A stretch of DNA of 60,094 nt, filler included, from Squatina squatina (taxonomy: Eukaryota): assembly GCA_031763465.1 (NCBI GenBank). It is 4 parts of 4 records of this genome, joined end to end, with 100 filler letters (N's around TTAATTAATTAA, not from the genome) between each part and the next. Parts side by side here need not be neighbours in the genome. Positions count along the whole stretch, not along the records: positions 30,511 to 44,603 come from JARFOE010000219.1; positions 44,704 to 60,094 come from JARFOE010000039.1; 2 more parts are not named here. The stretch is one strand, 5' to 3'. This document shows, in pieces, positions 37,997 through 49,800 of this stretch (the first letter of the stretch is position 1; each line of letters opens with the position of its first letter). Both the position numbers and the translations under genes were made by a program. A model generated the notes under the pieces. The model made no database searches, was not told the origin of the DNA, and saw only the letters and a program-made list of their open reading frames with translations.

Positions 37997-38325
37997 TGCC
38001 CTCCTGCCCAGAGCCTCCGTTATACCCCCCTTACCAGGACCCTCTCTAACACCCCCTGTCCAGTGTCCTCTGTAATACCCACTGCCCAAGATCCTCTGTA
38101 ATACTCCGCTGCCCATGATCCTTTGTAATACCTCCCTGCCCAGAGCCTCTGTAACACCCCCACTGCCCAGGATCCTCTGTAATACCCCCTGCCCAGAGAC
38201 CCTGTAATAGCCCCTGCCCAGGATCTTCTGCAATACCCCTCTGCCCTGGACTCTCTGTAATAGCCCCTGTCCAGGATCCCTTGTAATACCCATCTGCCCA
38301 GGACCCTCTGTAATACCTCCCTGCC
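37997..38325. repeat. ~27-bp C-rich minisatellite (~12 units)
   Basis: Diverged repeats of ccctgcccaggatcctctgtaatacc running up to the gap. Confidence 0.9.
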
Positions 38326-38419
38326 NNNNNNNNNNNNNNNNNNNNNNNNNNNNNNNNNNNNNNNNGATGCCAGTGTTGTAGCTGTACTGGAACAGCTTGG
38401 CTAAAGGCACGGCTAGTTC

Positions 38420-38750
38420 TGGAGATGCAGAGAGATTGTTTCCCCTGGCTGGAGAGACGAGAACTAGGGGACATAGTCTCACGATAAGGGGTCGGCTATT
38501 TAAGACCAAGATGAGGAGGAATTTCCTCACTCAGAGGGTTGTGAATATTTGGAATTCTCTGAATGTTTTCTCTGAGTATATTCAAGGCTGAGATCGATAG
38601 ATTTTTGGACTCTAGAGGAATCAAGGGATATGGAGATCGGGTGTGAAAGTGGAGTTGAGGTCGATGAACAGCCATGATCTTGTTGAATGGCGGAGCAGGC
38701 TGAAGGGGCCGTATGGCCTGCTCCCGCTCCTATTTCTTATGTTCTTATGT
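38420..38750 (+). mobile_element. CR1 3' end
   Basis: DAERLFPLAGETRTRGHSLTIRGRLFKTKMRRNFLTQRVVNIWNSL plus the ctcctatttcttatgttcttatg tail. Confidence 0.9.
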
Positions 38751-39164
38751 AACGTTTGTCTTGCAGTGAAATACAAAACTTGCACGAATGGCATTTTGCA
38801 CCCGGATCGGCTTGAAATCAGCACATTCTTGAAACAGTAGTTACATGGGATAACAATTTCGATTACTTAGAAAAAGGATCACAAAAAAAGAAAGAAGGGC
38901 TGCTGTGATTAATAAACGTCTATGCTCAGCTAATGGAGAGTGGAAAGGGAAACTTTTAAAATTGCATTTCCTTGATACAGTGTGTAGTTTATCCACTTTT
39001 TTTTGCATGTGATTACTCGGGGATCATTCCATGGGATTTCTCTCTGTCAGTCAGATGCTCAGATCATTAACGTAAGTCCAATGCTGTCCAGCAGAGGGAG
39101 ATTCTTTTACACCCCATACAGGTAGAAGCTTGTTTGCTGGCGGAGCTGTACTTGTGTTCAGATT

Positions 39165-39197
39165 GTTACATCGAGCGACAGTGACTGCGACATCTGA
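39165..39197 (+). CDS. SIX6: SIX6 extreme C-terminus (end of exon 2) with stop codon
   Basis: gtt aca tcg agc gac agt gac tgc gac atc tga = VTSSDSDCDI*, matching the SIX6 terminus (TSSDSECDI). Followed by AT-rich 3'UTR-like sequence with AATAAA at 39678. Confidence 0.8.
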   Translation, partial: VTSSDSDCDI

Positions 39198-42100
39198 GCA
39201 AAGAGCCCGCGTCCTGAGAGTGCCTCCAAATTCCTGCACAATGAGTCGAGCAAAGGCCGCAGTGACCACAGTGGAGGACACCAGTCGCCACTTCCTTGCA
39301 TCATTCTCTTAGGAACGACTGTTCTGCTTTTATGGCAGAAGACTTAACGACCACGGTCTTTAAAAAAAACTCGTTATTACCTTTATTTAAAGGATATATA
39401 TATATAAAAAATTGCCGAAGCGATGCCTCAAAAACCATTTCTGCCAAGCTGCAACATTCTGAGCACCTGCCCTGTACCTTCGTGGGTATTTCATGTTGAA
39501 AGACGGTGTTATATTTTTACTTTACTTTAAAGTTATATATATATATACATATATATGTTTGTTTATCTATTTAAAACAATTGTTTTGTTAGGTTTCTGCA
39601 TCCTTCGTTTGTTTGTTTGTGCACAGACTATTTGTAGAGTATTGTGCGTTCGGTAGTGGATACACAGTTTAAAAGAAAATAAAATATTTAACGATGTACA
39701 TTTTCTTCTCCGAATCTTCAGTTCTTCTGTGTTTTCCTGAATAGGTTGTTGTAAAGAGTATGGTGCTGTTTTATATAAGCATTTCGGTTTAGCCGAGATG
39801 AGGAATTCAGATCATCAAAATTCGGAATGGATCTTTTAATCCACCACTGTTACAGACCACGAAAGTCAAGCGTCAGGCGTCATGCTGGCTCAACCTCGTA
39901 GANNNNNNNNNNNNNNNNNNNNNNNNNNNNNNNNNNNNNNNNNNNNNNNNNNNNNNNNNNNNNNNNNNNNNNNNNNNNNNNNNNNNNNNNNNNNNNNNNN
40001 NNNNNNNNNNNNNNNNNNNNNNNNNNNNNNNNNNNNNNNNNNNNNNNNNNNNNNNNNNNNNNNNNNNNNNNNNNNNNNNNNNNNNNNNNNNNNNNNNNNN
40101 NNNNNNNNNNNNNNNNNNNNNNNNNNNNNNNNNNNNNNNNNNNNNNNNNNNNNNNNNNNNNNNNNNNNNNNNNNNNNNNNNNNNNNNNNNNNNNNNNNNN
40201 NNNNNNNNNNNNNNNNNNNNNNNNNNNNNNNNNNNNNNNNNNNNNNNNNNNNNNNNNNNNNNNNNNNNNNNNNNNNNNNNNNNNNNNNNNNNNNNNNNNN
40301 NNNNNNNNNNNNNNNNNNNNNNNNNNNNNNNNNNNNNNNNNNNNNNNNNNNNNNNNNNNNNNNNNNNNNNNNNNNNNNNNNNNNNNNNNNNNNNNNNNNN
40401 NNNNNNNNNNNNNNNNNNNNNNNNNNNNNNNNNNNNNNNNNNNNNNNNNNNNNNNNNNNNNNNNNNNNNNNNNNNNNNNNNNNNNNNNNNNNNNNNNNNN
40501 NNNNNNNNNNCATAATTCGGATGACAAAGCCCAAGAAAACAGTTCTCATTAATATTAACTCTCGACACTCAGCTGCTGAGAAATATTCGAGAATGTCTCT
40601 TTGCATTTGATATAAAGTACCTCATGTTAAAACAGTTCTTAGTGCAAAGAAAGCAAATATAAGTGTTATAATGTACGGTGAAGCTCTGTTATTTGTAAGA
40701 ATCACTTTAGCGTCGTTTCATTTGCGTATGGACTATATTTAAATATGTAAGATGTAGCATAAATGTAGTTTTAAAAGCAGCGTTACGATACCTTTTTGGG
40801 GACTCTTTTTAATTTAAAGAGAAACAGGGTGTCTAATACTTCTTCAATTGTTACAATACACATATGCATTACGCACTAACAGAAAGTAGATTCATTTTAA
40901 TATAACCCATGCTGTAAACAAAGGAACACAGCTCGGTTTTGACTGATACAAATGAACAGTGTTTACCTAGATAATGCTATTAGTACGCAATACAATAATA
41001 TCTGTCAAGTCTTAAAGAAATCCATAATTGACGATTTTAGTAAATCCTTTTCATCCTATCAAATCTGGTTTGGAATCTGCAATCACGTCAGAGGAAATCA
41101 TTATCATAGTTTGTAGCGATATTTTATCTGCTAAGAACTTGGCCTTTTATACTCCATAGAATGTTCACACACGCACAAGGTAGACTGGCAAGCAATTGTC
41201 AGCCATTGTACAACAACCACGTACTGTTTACATTGAACACCACTCCAATGCCAGGATGCTGGCTAACTGCGCCGATTTCTTCCCTGCATCTGTTGTTAAT
41301 TGTAAAATATATTTACCAGCAATCAGATGGTTTGTTTATTTGTATACAACGTAGGCATGGAGACATAAACAGCAACTGTAGTTTACAAAAATAAATTTTC
41401 CAATTTGGATGTAAATTCTTGGTGGATTATTTTCACATCAAAATACATTGTTTCTCGACAGCATGTTTTACTGTGAACCCCCTATGAACGGGCACTTTAT
41501 TAGGATCAAGTTAAAGCGTGATTGATATCTGCATCTATTTTAGTTTACCAGATCAAATAACTCAGAGCTGTAAAGAATATTGCTACTGGTGAATAATAGC
41601 CGTGTTGCTCTAGCAGTATTACTCCAGGCAAACGTTTAACCCTATGGACCGTTACCAAATCATGTACACATTATTGTCGCATGTTGTAATGAGCAGAATA
41701 GAAATTTATATTTTGCAAGTTTTAGGTAATGATTCTCAAAACATTCGTTATCATGCACATTGACCGCCCTATTAACTTGCTCAGGCCCAAGATTTATTTT
41801 CATGACTGTCGATTTCATTATGGTCGCTTTGTGTATAAATACAATCTCAAAAAGATCAAAAAATACTTCAGATTTGAACTGGTGGATATTAGCTGATGTG
41901 GCCGTCACTGTGGATGTCTATTTTCATCAATTTGCATTTTTAAAGGTAATTTAACATCTTTAATTTTATACAAACCATCAGTGGTATTGCTGTTCTACTC
42001 TAGTCATTTTGCCAACTGTAGTTAGGCTCAAACCTAGCACGGTACGACTTCACCCGGAAGAGATCTGAAGCTGTATTAACAGTCAAGATTATCTGTTCAA

Positions 42101-44603
42101 ATTTGCGATAAGACGTCATGCAAGTTACTTATTTTCAAATCAGGAGATTGCATAAGTTTGTCGAATGGATCGATGCATTTATTTTGGTGCAATGGTGACT
42201 GCAATAAAGCAATTCTCATTTTTGAACTAATATTTGTATATTTATGACATCATTGAGAGCCAATGAAGATGGAGTATAGTGTATGAGCGTTATGAAATTT
42301 ACCAGCATTCGGTGTACTGGGCAGTGATACTGACAGGTCATTTGACCAACCATTAACAATGAAGCAGAAAACATCCAATCAGCCGTGCGAGAGGAGGAAT
42401 TTTCATCAGCGTTTAGCGTGATGGAAGAAAATTGGTGAAAAGTTTATGGCGTCTTTAGGAAAATACAACCTATTTAAGAAACAAGTAATTTATAAACCAT
42501 GCATTAGTCCAGGTGGTTACGCCACAAGACTGAGTGAGGTTACCTCAATTGGCCTAGATTACTTGCAATGATATTGAATCACAGACAGTTTCATAAGGCT
42601 GCAAGCATCAAATGATTTCATGAATCTTCTTCAAGATTGTAGAGCTGCTTTAAAGTAAAAGTTGAAAGGGTTACGGTTTTTTTTGTTGCAGTTAATCATC
42701 AGGCGTTATATATTTAGAAAATTCACTCTTAAATAATTAGTTACATGGTTGGATGACATATCAAAATAATTGATTATATATTTACTGATTACTGCAGCTG
42801 CGAAATGTTTTTCCACTTTATGTTGCGGGTGTAGATTNNNNNNNNNNNNNNNNNNNNNNNNNNNNNNNNNNNNNNNNNNNNNNNNNNNNNNNNNNNNNNN
42901 NNNNNNNNNNNNNNNNNNNNNNNNNNNNNNNNNNNNNNNNNNNNNNNNNNNNNNNNNNNNNNNNNNNNNNNNNNNNNNNNNNNNNNNNNNNNNNNNNNNN
43001 NNNNNNNNNNNNNNNNNNNNNNNNNNNNNNNNNNNNNNNNNNNNNNNNNNNNNNNNNNNNNNNNNNNNNNNNNNNNNNNNNNNNNNNNNNNNNNNNNNNN
43101 NNNNNNNNNNNNNNNNNNNNNNNNNNNNNNNNNNNNNNNNNNNNNNNNNNNNNNNNNNNNNNNNNNNNNNNNNNNNNNNNNNNNNNNNNNNNNNNNNNNN
43201 NNNNNNNNNNNNNNNNNNNNNNNNNNNNNNNNNNNNNNNNNNNNNNNNNNNNNNNNNNNNNNNNNNNNNNNNNNNNNNNNNNNNNNNNNNNNNNNNNNNN
43301 NNNNNNNNNNNNNNNNNNNNNNNNNNNNNNNNNNNNNNNNNNNNNNNNNNNNNNNNNNNNNNNNNNNNNNNNNNNNNNNNNNNNNNNNNNNNNNNNNNNN
43401 NNNNNNNNNNNNNNNNNNNNNNNNNNNNNNNNNNNNNNNNNNNNNNNNNNNNNNNNNNNNNNNNNNNNNNNNNNNNNNNNNNNNNNNNNNNNNNNNNNNN
43501 NNNNNNNNNNNNNNNNNNNNNNNNNNNNNNNNNNNNNNNNNNNNNNNNNNNNNNNNNNNNNNNNNNNNNNNNNNNNNNNNNNNNNNNNNNNNNNNNNNNN
43601 NNNNNNNNNNNNNNNNNNNNNNNNNNNNNNNNNNNNNNNNNNNNNNNNNNNNNNNNNNNNNNNNNNNNNNNNNNNNNNGTTTAAATGTTATGAATTCGCT
43701 TCTCTTTTTTGGCAACATTGGATGAGCTTACTGGTGTGTTCTGATTTAGCCTGGGTACTGGTTGGCTGATTTTGAGTCAATGAAATTGACCTGAATTGAC
43801 AAGCGTATTGTTGCAAAGGTTTCACAAATTGTGACACAATTTGGTAACATTTTAATTGAAGAGAATTCAAGTAATTTCTTCGAATTTACCTGACAAATTT
43901 CAACTGATATGTACATTGCATTGATTAGCAATTTATCAATGTGATTTTGGGAAAATGTGATAAATATTATTTTAATGTCTAAGCGTTCATTTTATTGACT
44001 GTTAACAGTGCATCAGGATAGATTTTCTCTTCCTCACATGGGCATCCACTGATGCTGAGGTTAAGCTCTCAAGACAAAAAAGTGCCATGCCTTTTTAATT
44101 ATGTGCATTGCGAAGTATGAGGTATTTAAATACAGAATATGAATCTAAAACTAATTGCAGTGTATTCTTTGCATCTGATTTATCAAAATTGTACCGTCGA
44201 TTACATGTATTAGTAATACGGCGTCAACATAAGTTTAAATTCACTAACTGGGGCATAGTAAATAGCATTTTAAATGCAAGTAGATTCATTTGGTAAACAT
44301 GTTTCAGCATCTTCAATTACAGTATTCAATTGTAATAAGTTTTGATTCTCATGCTTTTGAAAAATAAAAATTGTCACAGAAAAGTAAATCTCTTAAACTT
44401 TGGCCGAATTTAGCAATTTAATTTATTAACCCAATGATACTTACACAGCAGAACCAACTTTTACTTCATTTCATATTCAATCCTAAGTATGTCTCGAAAA
44501 TATAAGAACATAAGAAAACTCAAGGGCCCGGAGCTCACCCCGCCAGTACTCAACTCTGCTTTACTTTATTTAAACTGGTCCTATTCCTCCAGCTTATTCT
44601 GGG

Positions 44604-44703
44604 NNNNNNNNNNNNNNNNNNNNNNNNNNNNNNNNNNNNNNNNNNNNTTAATTAATTAANNNNNNNNNNNNNNNNNNNNNNNNNNNNNNNNNNNNNNNNN
44701 NNN
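44604..44703. other. Artificial scaffold linker (44 N + TTAATTAATTAA + 44 N)
   Basis: Identical to the other two linkers. Confidence 0.95.
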
Positions 44704-44826
44704 GCTATACATCCACCCAGGTCTTTCTCTTCTTTCCCCACCCTCAGCTCACTGCTGCTCTTGTTCATTGCTCTGGAGTTAAGGAACCAAAAGCAGTGGT
44801 TACAAGTTCATGCAAGTAACTCTCAC

Positions 44827-44967
44827 CTCGGGGTCTGCAAAAGTCTCAATGAATCTTTGAAAAGAGTAGGTTCCGGTCTGCAGAATGAGGTCTCCTCCTT
44901 GGTCAGAACTTTGCCCGCACAGAACCAAGAGCTTATTGCGGGACGAGTCTGTCACGAGTGAGTGAAC
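44827..44967 (-). CDS. MAP1A: Microtubule-associated protein 1A, N-terminal conserved-domain exon (not in the ORF track)
   Basis: 141-bp phase-0 exon with acceptor ttcttgtgtcttgttccag and donor gtgaga. Encodes VHSLVTDSSRNKLLVLCGQSSDQGGDLILQTGTYSFQRFIETFADPE (MAP1A/B motif KLL.L.GQ...GG/GE.LILQSG). GGDLIL..GTYS and the neighbouring TUBGCP4 exon favour MAP1A. Confidence 0.85.
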
Positions 44968-45439
44968 CTGGAACAAGACACAAGAAATGACGCAATTGGA
45001 ATCCAGCTCTGTCCCGACCCTTCCACGAGGCTTTCTGCCTCCACACTGCGCTTGAGCCAGTCAGGGAGCTCTTGCTCGTACAGTGGTTCCAGCCAACAAC
45101 ACCTCACACATTGGGGACCTCCCCATGGCAGTCCAACCAAGGGACTGGTAAAACAAAGAGGTCCACTGCCGGTCAGTCACGAAGCAGCGATAAATATACA
45201 TCAAATTAGAAACTAGCAGGTTTCCCGTGGAATTGCTCATGGAGAGGNNNNNNNNNNNNNNNNNNNNNNNNNNNNNNNNNNNNNNNNNNNNNNNNNNNNN
45301 NNNNNNNNNNNNNNNNNNNNNNNNNNNNNNNNNNNNNNNNNNNNNNNTCATGGAAAAGAAAAATGAAAATCAAGTGCGTGTAAATAAAAATACACGGAAT
45401 GATGCAAAACGTTTTTCACATGATGCAAGGGCACAGGAT

Positions 45440-45865
45440 TTATATTACATGAGGCCGTTCAGCCCTTTCAGCCTGTCCTGTCATTCAACGAGATGGCGGC
45501 TGGTCTCGGTTTTAACTCCATCCACCCCCCATGGCACCCTGTACCTCAATACTGTCGGCCAGCAAAAGTCGATCGATCTCCGACTTAAAATTAATTGAGC
45601 CAGCTTCTACTGCTTTTTCTAAGAGTGTTCTGCACTCCTACCACCATTTGTGTGAAGAAGAGTTTCCTAATATCTCATGAATGGCCTGTCTCTGATTTTA
45701 AGGTGATGTCTCCTTGTCCTAGACCAGTGGAAAAAGTTTCTCTCTATCGACCCCATCAATTCCTTTCAAGATCTTCATCCCCTTAACCTTCTATATTCCA
45801 GGGAATACAAGCCCAGCTTATGTAACCTCTCCTCATAACCTAACTCTTGGAGCCCTGATAACATA
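45440..45865 (-). mobile_element. CR1 3' fragment
   Basis: MLSGLQELGYEERLHKLGLYSLEYRRLRG followed by a degenerate 3' tail. Confidence 0.8.
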
Positions 45866-45897
45866 TCGTGCCGACAGTGGTTTTTATTCCTGGTTAC

Positions 45898-46075
45898 CTG
45901 TAGGTAGTACTGCAGGTTGTCCACGAGGAAAGCCATGTGGTTCCTCAGTCTCCATTTGATGGCGTCCGTCTTGTTAGATTTGAGATGTTTCCGTTGCATC
46001 TGCACAGCCCAGCAATGCTGCAACTCCGCCTGCACCCGCCGCACACTCAGCAGGTACTTGAAGACAATGTTGTAC
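45898..46075 (-). CDS. TUBGCP4: Gamma-tubulin complex component 4, internal exon
   Basis: 178-bp exon with acceptor tctctctctctcag and donor gtaacc. Encodes YNIVFKYLLSVRRVQAELQHCWAVQMQRKHLKSNKTDAIKWRLRNHMAFLVDNLQYYLQ, near-identical to vertebrate GCP4. Confidence 0.95.
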
Positions 46076-46149
46076 CTGAGAGAGAGAGACAAGAGATGGA
46101 GAAAGAAATGCACGCGGATCGCAGCTCAACCAGACGCTCCTGCAAATCT

Positions 46150-46582
46150 TTCCCGCTCCAGAGCACATAATCCAGGCTGACATTCCCAGTACAGTACTGA
46201 GGGAGCGCCGCACTGTCGGAGGGGCGGTACTGGGGGAACGCGGCAGTGTCGGAGGGGCGGTACTGGGGGAACGCGGCAGTGTCGGAGGGGCAGTACTGGG
46301 GGAACGCGGCAGTGTCGGAGGGCCAGGTACTGAGGGAGGGCCGAACTGTCGGAGCGGCAGTACTGAGGGAGGGCCGCACTGTCGGAGCGGCAGTACTGAG
46401 GGAGGGCCGCACTGTCGGAGCAGCAGTACTGAGGGAGGGCCGCACTGTCGGAGCAGCAGTACTGAGGGAGGGCCGCACTGTCGGAGGGACGGTACTGAGG
46501 GAGCGCTGCACCATCGGAGCGGCCGTCTTTCGGATGAGACGCTAATCCGATGCTCCGTCTGCCCTCTTGGGTGGTTGTAAAA
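46150..46582 (+). mobile_element. Deu-domain SINE fragment containing an internal 33-bp tandem expansion (~46190-46520)
   Basis: SINE flanks gagcacataatccaggctgaca and gccgtctttcggatgagacg surround ~10 copies of cagtactgagggagggccgcactgtcggagc(g/a)g. Confidence 0.88.
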
Positions 46583-47617
46583 NNNNNNNNNNNNNNNNNN
46601 NNNNNNNNNNNNNNNNNNNNNNNNNNNNNNNNNNNNNNNNNNNNNNNNNNNNNNNNNNNNNNNNNNNNNNNNNNNNNNNNNNGTTAGTAATTTACTAATA
46701 ATTAAACATACTGCTTTTTTGATGTTTACAGATTATTGTTTAGAACCAAAGGTTACACCCCTACAGCGACAGGTATCCTGTGGTACAGAGCGTGAATAAA
46801 TATGTTGTCTTACTTCTCCAATGCACTGCGGACTGGCGGAAGTCCTCCACAGCTGTGTTTGTGAACGGTCTCCAGAAGTTGGCAGCCATGAATCTAAAGC
46901 AGCAGAACAAATACAGTGATAACCAACCTTACTATAAAAATATTCCATTTCATTTTTAAGGATATAATTTTATTCTCTCTTCCCTACTCTTGCTGGGGCA
47001 CCGTTCCATGGGCACCGGTAGGCCTCGTCTACCGCTTCCAAGTGGCAAGAGCAAAGATGTTGAGCATGATATTTGACCATGGGAAGGCATCACACTGAGC
47101 TTGATCTTGTCCTCATCCAATACCCATATAAATAAATTGGTCTATTTTTGCCACCTTTGGTGCCTCCCACGGGCGCTAACGGGGTGTAAAAACGGTGTTA
47201 GTGCTATTCGGGCGCAGGGATCGCAGCCCGCGGAATTCGTCCTGGCGTCCCGGAAGTGCAAGGCCTTTGCGTTGGAGCTGACGAATTCCGCGGTGGGTCA
47301 GCATGCCGCTTCATCAAAGGGCACGCCGACTCTACAAAGCAGCTCCATGATCCGTTTTTGCAGCCCTAGCGACCCGCGGCTGGAATTCGTCCATGGGTTG
47401 CTAGGGCTGCAGCTGTCGTCGGCAACGACAGGTTCAAATTGTCTTTGCCAACAACCTTTAAAGTTGAGGGCTGGAGAGCCAGCAGCTGCCATTTTTTTGA
47501 TGGGCCGACTCCTCCGTNNNNNNNNNNNNNNNNNNNNNNNNNNNNNNNNNNNNNNNNNNNNNNNNNNNNNNNNNNNNNNNNNNNNNNNNNNNNNNNNNNN
47601 NNNNNNNNNNNNNNNNN

Positions 47618-47731
47618 GAGAGAAAGCAGGTACGGGGTACTGAATTGAAAGATCAGCCATGATTGTGTTGAATGGCGGTGCAGGCTCGAAGGGCTGAATG
47701 GCCTACTCCTGCACCTATTCTCTATGTTTCT
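47618..47731 (+). mobile_element. CR1 3' terminus
   Basis: gatcagccatgattgtgttgaatggcggtgcaggctcgaagggctgaatggcctactcctgcacctatt...tatgtttcta. Confidence 0.85.
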
Positions 47732-49581
47732 ATTAAAATAGAAGCTGAGGATGTTGGTGAGTGGTTGTATGTTGTGTGCGTGGGTAGGCATTAGGGGTAC
47801 AGTGTTTCCACTTGATACTATATTTTTTCACACTAACTTCAGAAAAAAATTGCTGGAAGAAATAACTGTGCAGTGTGAACTAACCAAGGAGGTCAGTGTA
47901 TGATGAGCTGTGTGTTGCCTTGCCATACCTGCTTTAAGATGACTACCGTAGCTCTGCAGCAAGCAGATTGAAACTGCGAACACTTTCCTGCAAATTTTTG
48001 TTCCTTTTAGCAAGTTGTAATTGTAAATACTATTCCATTGTCGTTTTGCATAATTGTGCTGAGCAATGAGCAGAATTTGAATTATTTAGCATTACAATGT
48101 GCAAAACACAGAAATGGTTGTTTTTGTCTTTTCTTCATGTTTCTGATTTCCAATTTTAACTTAAAAGCTATTAAATACTATCACTGGCTAAGAAGCTGGG
48201 CAACCAACCCCCTCCCAGCAATTCTGCCAATGCCTCTACAAAACTGGGTGCTAGGAGGATTGACCCAAGCTGACTTTCCCTTCCTTTGGGGTTATACTGT
48301 GCCTCTACACACTACCTCCTGGACAGAAACATGCCCAAGATTGGGAACTACCTGTTTGGGAGAACTGCCTGTGCAAACCCATTTCTTAGCAACTTATTTT
48401 GCCCCTGTTTTCATGCTGTGCGAAGAAATATTTCTTGCAAATTAACCTGAAGACTATGACCTAGATTTGCAAACACTTCCAAGGCGATCTTAAACCTTTT
48501 GTGTTCTATCCTGACATTACATCCACCTACACTGTTTTTGTCACGTTTGTGATGTAATCGCAGCTAGTAAGATCCCATCGTTAGTACAGACTGAGGGTTT
48601 GATTTCAAATGATATGGGATCTTTTAAGAAAGAGGAAGACAAAAAGAGACAGCAAGGAAAAGTAAGAAAAAAATGTAAAATTTAAAAAGTGACATTTTCT
48701 AACATCTCCAACAACAAATCACAACCTGAAGGAATGAGACTCCACACTTTTAATTGTTCACTTTCTGGGCAAGAGAGGTTGATTGGACGTCATTAACAAT
48801 GATCATGTTGATAAAAGGGTATTTTTGCTGCTAATTACTAGACTTACCTTTCTGCAGCCACTTTAAGAGGCAATTAATGTGCAAATGTGGCAACCTCATG
48901 AAAATTGGGGGGAGGAGTTAAGGGCGAGATGCCATTTTCGCAAAGCTAATGGCAGAGCAGCGCAAATTGGCCAGCAACTTGTGCCGAATGCAATACACAG
49001 GGCATCTCTTCCTCGCCCCAAGTTGCTGGCCGATCTACACATTAATAATGGCTTGTTTTGTTCACATGTTATTGATTCAGCAAATTCTGGGCCAATATTT
49101 ATTTTCCGCTTTCCCATATACGTTATTTTCAGGCTCCTTCAACGTTGATTAGTGCTGGAATGTTAGATGAGTTCACACATCAGTAAAACTTCACCATAGA
49201 CGCAAACAAAAAAGCCTCATGGTTAACGTCGCACCAGTGGCCATTTTCACCTCTCATAAAACTGCCCGTTGATTGGACGAAGCCAATGGAGGATCACCGA
49301 TCCTGCGGTCTGATGTATTATCTCCGGGGCGACGGGTACAGGTGGAGGCTTCGTGGGTGGTTGCCAGCTCTGGTATACCAGATCCAAGNNNNNNNNNNCC
49401 AAGTAACAATGCATCCTGGCAACTTGATTGGGGCTAAAGGAATTTGTGCAGTCATCATCTTTAAAAGAGACACACAACTTGTGACAAAGGCATGATAACA
49501 ACATCATATTCAACAGGTGCCAACATTCTCTCTCTTAATTCCCTGCCTCCCCTTCAAATGAATAATGACAGTGTTGATAAT

Positions 49582-49800
49582 ATAAGAACATAAGAAGTAG
49601 GAACAAAAGTAGGCCATAAGGCCCCTCGAGCCTTTCCGGCATTCAATAAGAGCATGGCTGATCTTTGACCTCAACTCCACTTTCCTGNNNNNNNNNNTAT
49701 TCCTTGATTCCCATAGAGCTCAAAAATGTATCTATCTCAGCCTTGAATTATACTCAGCAATTCACCATCCACAACCTCAGGTGTAGAGAATTCCAATGAT
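49582..49800 (-). mobile_element. CR1 3' end
   Basis: ataagaacataagaagtagg...ggccataaggcccctcgagcc...ctcaactccactttcc. Confidence 0.8.

Noticed and set aside
46047-46545. Repetitive ORFs (STAAPTVRPSL)n and (VLREGRTVGAA)n
   Set aside because: By-products of a 33-bp (multiple of three) SINE-derived minisatellite in an intron.
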